A stretch of DNA of 64,000 nucleotides from Pseudomonadota bacterium (GTDB taxonomy: Bacteria > Pseudomonadota > Alphaproteobacteria > Rhizobiales > Devosiaceae), in the NCBI GenBank assembly GCA_048498015.1, contig JBEHYU010000019.1, positions 523-64,522 of the forward strand, read 5' to 3'. Shown here piece by piece: positions 57,794 to 64,000 of this stretch (positions within the stretch are counted from its first letter, which is position 1; the number at the start of each line of letters is the position of its first letter). Below the pieces are notes generated by a model. The model made no database searches. It was not told where the DNA came from and worked only from the letters and a program-made list of their open reading frames with translations. A program made the position numbers and the translations under genes.

Positions 57794-57859
57794 CAGCGCA
57801 AGCCTAGGCTTTGCGGGCGTGCCAGAAGGCACGTTGCCAGTCAGGTGCGTGAGGCCGAA

Positions 57860-58249
57860 ATGCGGGGACAAAGTGCAGCAAAGCCGGTCGTGGCGCCGGT
57901 CAGCCAGCCGGAGATTCGCCGCCCGATCGATCTGGAGCACCTCAGCAAGCAGACGCTGGGTGATTCTGGGCTCGAGCTCGAAGTGCTGCGGCTGTTCGAC
58001 GAAATGAGCCACGTCTACTACCACCGCCTCGAAGAGAGCACGACCGTGCCGGAGCTGCTGCGGAACCTGCATACGCTCAAGGGCGCGGCGGCGGGGATCG
58101 GGGCGTTCGCGCTGGCCGACCTGGCGCGGGTCGCCGAGACGGAACTGCGGGACGGGGCGCCGGTTAATCCGGAGCGCATCGACGATCTCAATGTCGCCGT
58201 CGAGGAAGTGTCGGCCTTCATCGCGCAGCGCCTGAAGGCGGCGGCATAG
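57860..58249 (+). CDS. Stand-alone histidine phosphotransfer (Hpt) protein
   Basis: [34 protein letters not shown]...E; start could be 57845. Confidence 0.88.
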   Translation: MRGQSAAKPVVAPVSQPEIRRPIDLEHLSKQTLGDSGLELEVLRLFDEMSHVYYHRLEESTTVPELLRNLHTLKGAAAGIGAFALADLARVAETELRDGAPVNPERIDDLNVAVEEVSAFIAQRLKAAA

Positions 58250-58304
58250 CAGCTTTCCCAAGGCTTTGCTTGCGGGCGGGATAGGCCGTCGCTATAGGCA
58301 CGCC

Positions 58305-58625
58305 ATGCCAAAGATCACCTTCATTACCGCCGACGGCCAGTCTTACGAGACCGAGGCGGAACTGGGCTCGACCGTGATGGAAACCGCCATCATGAACGGC
58401 GTGCCGGGAATCATCGCGGAGTGCGGCGGAGCCTGCACCTGCGCCACCTGTCACGCCTATGTCGATGAATCCTTTACGGAAATTGTCGGGCCGCCATCGA
58501 TGATGGAGGAAGACATGCTGGATTTCGCCTTCGAGGTGAAGCCTAATAGCCGGCTGAGCTGCCAGATCAAGGTGAAGCCGGAGCTCGACGGGCTCGTCAT
58601 GCGAGTGCCGTCCCGGCAGGGTTAG
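58305..58625 (+). CDS. Adrenodoxin-type [2Fe-2S] ferredoxin
   Basis: [12 protein letters not shown]...EEDMLD...SRLSCQI. Confidence 0.95.
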   Translation: MPKITFITADGQSYETEAELGSTVMETAIMNGVPGIIAECGGACTCATCHAYVDESFTEIVGPPSMMEEDMLDFAFEVKPNSRLSCQIKVKPELDGLVMRVPSRQG

Positions 58626-58690
58626 GTTTCCATCGAGCAAGCCTTCCGCGCAACGGCATACCAGCGGGGCGGCGGCGCAGGGGAAAATAA

Positions 58691-58713
58691 AAGCTATTGG
58701 ATTTCAATAGCTT
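58691..58713. promoter_or_regulatory. Perfect inverted repeat upstream of the cys operon
   Basis: AAGCTATTG-GATTT-CAATAGCTT in an AT-rich patch 47 nt before cysG. Confidence 0.55.
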
Positions 58714-58760
58714 GTCCGAAAAGGCCAATGTGGACTATAGGACGCCGCGAAAGGCCAGCA

Positions 58761-60113
58761 ATGGGTGAACTCAACACATTCCCCGTCAGCTACAAAGTCC
58801 AGGGTCAGCGCATCGTCATCATCGGCGGTGGAGAAGAAGCCCTCGGTAAAGCGCGGTTGGCCGTAAAGACTACTGCTTCAGTCGCGATTGTTGCCGATGA
58901 ATTGACGGCCTTGTTCGCCGGCATCGGCTATGAACTTTTGCCCCGTCAGAGCTGGCTGACTGCACTCGATGGCGCGGCGCTGCTGTTCGTGGCCGAAAAG
59001 AGCGATGTGGCGGACGCGGCGAAGGCCGAAGCGCGTCGCCGGGGCATCCCGGTGAACGTCGTCGATACCCCCGATGAGTGCGATTTCTACGTCCCGTCGA
59101 TCGTCGATCGGGCGCCGCTGACGGTCGCGGTGTCGACCGAGGGCGATGCGCCGGTGCTGGCGCGGCTGGTGCGGGCGCGCATCGAGGCGATGCTAGCGCC
59201 CGAGCTCGGACGGCTGGCCAGGCTCGCCGGTTCCCTGCGCGAGCGGGTGAGCACGGTTCTGGGCAAGACGCAGCAGCGCCGCTTCTACGAGGAGCTGGTG
59301 TCGGGCGATGTGCGCTCGCCCGAAGCGCTGCTCGAGGCGCATCTCAAGGACGAAGCCGGCGTGGTCTGGCTGATCGGGGCGGGGCCGGGGGCGGAAGATC
59401 TGCTGACGCTGCGCGCCCAGCGGCTGCTGCAGGCGGCCGACGCGATCGTCCACGACCAACTGGTGCCCGATGTCGTCGTCGAGATGGGCCGGCGCGATGC
59501 CGAGCGCATCTCGGTCGGCAAGAAGAAGGGGCACCACTCCTTCACCCAGGCCGAGATCAATGCGCTGCTGGTGCGTCTGGCGCGGCAGGGCAAGCGGGTG
59601 GCGCGGCTCAAGAGCGGCGACCCGATGGTGTTCGGCCGGGCCGGCGAGGAACTGGCGGCGCTGCGCAAGGCCGGCATCGCCTACCAGATCGTGCCGGGGA
59701 TCAGCGCGGCGCTGGCCGCGGCGGCCGATACGGCGACGCCGGTGACGCTGCGCAAGGTGTCGACCGGCGTACTGTTCGCGACGGCGCATGGCGCCGAGAA
59801 CGAAGAGCTCGAGCACTGGGCCGCGCTGGCGACCGCCGGCGTGACGCTGGCGCTCTACATGGGCAAGTCGATCGCGGGCGGGGTGGCGAGCCAACTGCTG
59901 GCGCGCGGCATGAATGCCGCGCTGCCGGTTGGCATCGTGGTGAATGCCGGACGCAGCGACCGTTCATTCCACCTCGGTACATTAGCCGCGATGGCGGCGG
60001 GCGAGGTCGAGATGGCCGACGGCCCGGCAATCATCTTCATCGGCGAGGCGGTCAGGCACGGCGACTGGGCCGAGGCGGCGGCAATCGCCGAACAGACATT
60101 CAAGGTGGCGTAA
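58761..60113 (+). CDS. cysG: Siroheme synthase
   Basis: IIGGG..A..K, VNVVD.P..CDFY.PSIVDR, GAGPG..DLLTL, RLKSGDP..FGRAGEE, VPGISA. Confidence 0.94.
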   Translation: MGELNTFPVSYKVQGQRIVIIGGGEEALGKARLAVKTTASVAIVADELTALFAGIGYELLPRQSWLTALDGAALLFVAEKSDVADAAKAEARRRGIPVNVVDTPDECDFYVPSIVDRAPLTVAVSTEGDAPVLARLVRARIEAMLAPELGRLARLAGSLRERVSTVLGKTQQRRFYEELVSGDVRSPEALLEAHLKDEAGVVWLIGAGPGAEDLLTLRAQRLLQAADAIVHDQLVPDVVVEMGRRDAERISVGKKKGHHSFTQAEINALLVRLARQGKRVARLKSGDPMVFGRAGEELAALRKAGIAYQIVPGISAALAAAADTATPVTLRKVSTGVLFATAHGAENEELEHWAALATAGVTLALYMGKSIAGGVASQLLARGMNAALPVGIVVNAGRSDRSFHLGTLAAMAAGEVEMADGPAIIFIGEAVRHGDWAEAAAIAEQTFKVA

Positions 60114-60114
60114 G

Positions 60115-60420
60115 GTGGACATTCTCACCGGCAACGAATTGATGAGTGGAGCGACGGTCTATCTCGACCGCGCCGGCGAGTGGGTCGAAGAGCTGCAGCA
60201 GGCCCGCGTCTTCCTCAAGGAAGAGGCCGAGGCGCGCGACGCCGCCATCGCCGCCACCAAAAAGACCATGCGGATCAATTCGCTGGAGATCGAAACGGTG
60301 CAGTTGCGCGATGGGGTGATCCATCCCGACCGCATCCGCGAGCGCATCCGGGCCGAAGGGCCGACCGCGCCGCGTTTCGAGCGCCAGCATCTGGGCCAGG
60401 ACGACCATGTATCGATATGA
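60115..60420 (+). CDS. DUF2849-family protein
   Basis: LTGNELMSGATVYL...W...RERIRAEGPT; conserved position between cysG and cysI. Confidence 0.85.
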   Translation: MDILTGNELMSGATVYLDRAGEWVEELQQARVFLKEEAEARDAAIAATKKTMRINSLEIETVQLRDGVIHPDRIRERIRAEGPTAPRFERQHLGQDDHVSI

Positions 60421-62065
60421 CGAGTTCGACGCCGCGTTCGTGAAGGAACGCACGGCGCAGTTTCGCGACCAGGTGATGCGCCGCGTGCGCGGCGAGATCA
60501 ACGAGGACCAGTTCCGGCCGCTCAGGCTGATGAACGGGCTCTATCTGCAGCTGCACGCCTACATGTTCCGGATCGCCATTCCATACGGCACGCTCCGCTC
60601 GAAGCAGTTGCGCAAGCTGGCGTACATCGCGCGGACCTATGACCGCGGCTACGGCCACTTCACGACGCGGACCAACATCCAGTTCAACTGGCCGCGGCTC
60701 GGCGACGTACCCGACATCATCGAGCATCTCAATGAGGTCGAGATGCACTCGATCCAGACCTCGGGCAACTGCATCCGCAACATCTCGACCGACCAGTTCG
60801 CCGGCGCCGCGGCAGACGAGCTGCTCGATCCGCGGCCGATGGCGGAAATCCTGCGCCAGTGGTCGAGCCTGCATCCGGAATTCTCGTACCTGCCGCGCAA
60901 GTTCAAGTTCGCGATGACGGCGGCGCCGTCGGACCGAGCGGCGATCAAGTTCCACGACATCGGCCTCAAGGCGGTGACCAACGAGGCCGGCGAGATCGGC
61001 TGGGAAGTGTGGGTCGGCGGCGGCATGGGCCGGACGCCGATGGTCGCCAAGCTGATCCGGCCGTTTGTCGAGCACGAAAACCTGCTCGCCTATTCCGAGA
61101 GCATCGTGCGCGTCTACAACCGCTATGGACGGCGCGACAACAAGTTCAAGGCGCGCATCAAGATCCTGGTGCACGAGATCGGCATCGAGAAGATGCGCGA
61201 GGAGGTCGAGGCCGAATACGCGCTGGTCAAGGGTGGTCAGCTGACGCTGCCGCAGGCGGAGCTCGACCGCATCACCGAATATTTCAAGGCGCCGGATTTC
61301 GAGCTGGTCAACGTCACCCATCTCGACGTGGCGCGCGAGAAGCAGGCCGATCCCGCCTATGGCGAGTGGCTGGAGCGGAACCTGCACACCCACAAGCAGC
61401 CCGGCTATGCGTCGGTGACGATCTCGCTGAAGCCGATCGGCGGCGCGCCGGGCGATGCGACGGACAGGCAGATGGACGTCGTGGCCGATCTGGCCGAGCG
61501 CTATTCGTTCGACGAACTGCGCGTGACGCATGAGCAGAACCTCGTTCTGCCGCATGTGCGGATTGTCGATCTGCGCACCGTCTACGACGCGCTGGTCGAG
61601 GCCGAGCTGGCGACCGGCAATGCCGGCCTGATCACCGACATGATCACCTGCCCGGGGCTTGATTTCTGCGCGCTCGCCAATGCGCGCTCCATCCCGATCG
61701 CGCAGGAAATCTCGCGCAAGTTCGCGGACCAGCAGCGCCAGCGCGAGATCGGCGACCTCAAGATCAAGATTTCGGGTTGCATCAATGCCTGCGGCCACCA
61801 CCATGCCGGGCACATCGGCATACTGGGCGTCGAGAAGAAGGGCACCGAACTCTACCAGATCAGCGTCGGCGGCGACGGCACCGAGCATGCCGCGATCGGC
61901 GACATCCTGGGGCATGGCTTCGTGGCCGAGGACGTGCCGAACGCCATCGAGCGGCTGGTGGAGACGTATCTGGCGAGGCGCGAGAGCGCAGCCGAGCCGT
62001 TCATCGCCGCCTATCGCCGGCTGGGCGAAGCGCCGTTCAAGGAGGCGCTGTATGGGACGGCTTGA
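60407..62065 (+). CDS. cysI: Sulfite reductase hemoprotein (nitrite/sulfite reductase family)
   Basis: MYRYDEFD, RLMNGLYLQLHAYM, TSGNCIRN, LPRKFK, CPGLDFC..A, SGCINACG. Confidence 0.95.
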   Translation: MYRYDEFDAAFVKERTAQFRDQVMRRVRGEINEDQFRPLRLMNGLYLQLHAYMFRIAIPYGTLRSKQLRKLAYIARTYDRGYGHFTTRTNIQFNWPRLGDVPDIIEHLNEVEMHSIQTSGNCIRNISTDQFAGAAADELLDPRPMAEILRQWSSLHPEFSYLPRKFKFAMTAAPSDRAAIKFHDIGLKAVTNEAGEIGWEVWVGGGMGRTPMVAKLIRPFVEHENLLAYSESIVRVYNRYGRRDNKFKARIKILVHEIGIEKMREEVEAEYALVKGGQLTLPQAELDRITEYFKAPDFELVNVTHLDVAREKQADPAYGEWLERNLHTHKQPGYASVTISLKPIGGAPGDATDRQMDVVADLAERYSFDELRVTHEQNLVLPHVRIVDLRTVYDALVEAELATGNAGLITDMITCPGLDFCALANARSIPIAQEISRKFADQQRQREIGDLKIKISGCINACGHHHAGHIGILGVEKKGTELYQISVGGDGTEHAAIGDILGHGFVAEDVPNAIERLVETYLARRESAAEPFIAAYRRLGEAPFKEALYGTA

Positions 62066-62094
62066 GCTGACCTGGCCCGGTGCGTGGGGCACGC

Positions 62095-62183
62095 CATGGG
62101 GAGAAGGCCGGCAGACCAATATTGCGGCTCAATTGTCTTCTCCCCGCGGGGGAGAAGGTGCCCAACGGGCGGATGAGGGGGCC
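62095..62183. repeat. Degenerate family-A repeat between cysI and cysH
   Basis: CTTCTCCCC-GCG-GGGGAGAAG-GTGCCC..GGGCGGATGAGGGG unit plus a decayed upstream partner (GGGGAGAAGG). Confidence 0.7.
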
Positions 62184-62190
62184 TTCCGTC

Positions 62191-63474
62191 ATGCCCTCTA
62201 ATCTCGCCTTTGCCCAACCCAAGCGGGACAAGCTGCGGGCGCTGGGGATCATGGCGCTCAACGGCATGTATGACGAGATGGATGGCGTCGGCGTGCTGCG
62301 GCAGGCAGTGCAGGACGTGCTGCGCGACGACGTGGCGATCGTCTCCTCGTTCGGGGCGGACTCGTCGGTGCTGCTGCACATGGTGTCGCAGGTGGACCCG
62401 ACGCTGCCGGTGTATTTCCTCGAGACCGGCAAGCATTTCCCCGAGACGCTCGCTTATGTGCGCACGCTGGAGCGGCATCTGGGCCTCACCAATGTGCGCT
62501 GGCTCAGGCCCGACCCCAAGGACATCGCGCGCTTCGATCCGCATGGCGATCTGTGGGAGACCGATCCGGATTCGTGCTGCCACATCAGGAAGACCGAGCC
62601 GCTCGATGCCGAGATTTCGCAATATGGCGGCTGGATCACCGGCCGCAAGCGCTACCAGACGGCGGAGCGCGGCGTGCTGCCGCATTTCGAGCTGACCTCG
62701 GACGACCGCATCAAGGTCAATCCGCTGGCCTACTTCTCCGATGCCGACGTCAATGCCTACAAGACCGAGCACGGCTTGCCCGAGCATCCGCTGTTCGCTA
62801 AGGGCTACAAATCGATCGGCTGCGCCCCGTGCACGACGATCGTTGCCGAGGGCGAAGACCCGCGCGCCGGCCGCTGGCGCGGACTCAACAAGAAAGAGTG
62901 CGGCATCCATTTCGACTTCAACGGAGCGATCGCAAAGCCGGTGGCCGCGATGGAAAAGAACCTGTTCAAGGACGGCGCCTTCATCGCCGACCCGTTCCGG
63001 GCGTGGGCCGAGGGCGATGACCCCGCCAGCGTTCGCTACACCCACATCCCGGCAAAGGTGTTCCTCGAGAACCGGCAGGCGGTGCTCGACAATCCGCATC
63101 CCAACGGGCTGCTGATCGCGCCGGCGGACCATGTGGAAGATCTGGTGGCCGATGTCGGCCGCTTTGCCTCGATCGCCATTGCGTTCCCGGGCTTCACCGA
63201 CGGGCGCGGCTATACGAGCGCGCGGCTGCTGTCGGAGCGCTACAAATACCAGGGCGAGCTCAGGGCCGTGGGCGATGTGCTGGCGGACCAGTTCACGCTG
63301 ATGCAGCGCTGCGGCATCAACGCCTTCGTCGTCACCAATGCGGGTGCCCGCAAGGCGCTCGAGACCGGCGACTTCTCGACCGTAAAGCTGTTCTACCAGC
63401 CGATCGGCACGACCGAGGTGCCGGTGGGGACGCGGCCGTTCCTGCGCCGGCCGGTCGAGACCGAGACGGCATAG
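62191..63474 (+). CDS. cysH: APS/PAPS reductase fused to a C-terminal DUF934 domain
   Basis: SSFGADS, FLETGKHF, CCHIRK, GYKSIGCAPCT, RAGRW..KKECGIH, then FPGFTDGRGYTSARLL..Y.GELRAVGDVL.DQ..M.RCG. Confidence 0.92.
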   Translation: MPSNLAFAQPKRDKLRALGIMALNGMYDEMDGVGVLRQAVQDVLRDDVAIVSSFGADSSVLLHMVSQVDPTLPVYFLETGKHFPETLAYVRTLERHLGLTNVRWLRPDPKDIARFDPHGDLWETDPDSCCHIRKTEPLDAEISQYGGWITGRKRYQTAERGVLPHFELTSDDRIKVNPLAYFSDADVNAYKTEHGLPEHPLFAKGYKSIGCAPCTTIVAEGEDPRAGRWRGLNKKECGIHFDFNGAIAKPVAAMEKNLFKDGAFIADPFRAWAEGDDPASVRYTHIPAKVFLENRQAVLDNPHPNGLLIAPADHVEDLVADVGRFASIAIAFPGFTDGRGYTSARLLSERYKYQGELRAVGDVLADQFTLMQRCGINAFVVTNAGARKALETGDFSTVKLFYQPIGTTEVPVGTRPFLRRPVETETA

Positions 63475-63500
63475 GACGCAGGTTTGCATAAGAAGAAAGA

Positions 63501-63527
63501 TGGATTCCCGCCTTGGCGGGAATGACG
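63501..63527. repeat. Family-B repeat, single unit
   Basis: TGGATTCCCGCCTTGGCGGGAATGACG. Confidence 0.8.
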
Positions 63528-63575
63528 CATGGAACAATAGTGGCGCCGGTGGGTGTCGCGCGAAGCGAGAGATAG

Positions 63576-64000
<425 letters not shown>

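Noticed and set aside
58761-58960. Lower-GC patches in the cysG 5' end and mid-iolC as foreign DNA
   Set aside because: Frames and motifs are continuous; too short to call without computation

Overview
GC-rich alphaproteobacterial chromosome segment. Gene content and order suggest Hyphomicrobiales, probably Devosia-like (inference). In order: AsmA-family gene (5' truncated), RHH protein, sspB, two-piece permuted tmRNA (tag ANDNYAKVALAA), a Fic toxin-antitoxin pair, thyA-DUF4424-GNAT-folA, hflK-hflC-degP, serB and miaA back-to-back with no gap, a MATE pump, a ketopantoate reductase-like gene, an orphan triad of two amidohydrolase-fold proteins plus a Rieske ferredoxin (likely an AibH1H2G/PtmU3-type dinuclear oxygenase), an ECF42 sigma with DGPF partner, a low-GC trypsin-like protease, an attenuator-controlled ilvI-(secreted ORFs)-ilvH operon, a ~19 kb inositol/O-methyl-inositol catabolic cluster (degenerate panB paralogue, mocFED, LacI, iolI-like, ABC transporter, iolG, SDR, iolBEDC, iolR, Gfo/Idh/MocA), pdxJ, FMN reductase, kup, a flavin monooxygenase, a 1712-aa GPR/RgsE-like polar growth scaffold with CtrA boxes, an Hpt protein, ferredoxin and cysG-DUF2849-cysI-cysH::DUF934-FNR. 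Two families of palindromic REP/REPIN-like repeats sit at gene junctions. No CRISPR, rRNA, true tRNA, transposase or integrase was seen. The best candidates for undescribed systems are the amidohydrolase-pair/Rieske oxygenase and the mocDEF + metal-site-degenerate PanB module. All calls come from reading motifs by eye; no database searches were run.
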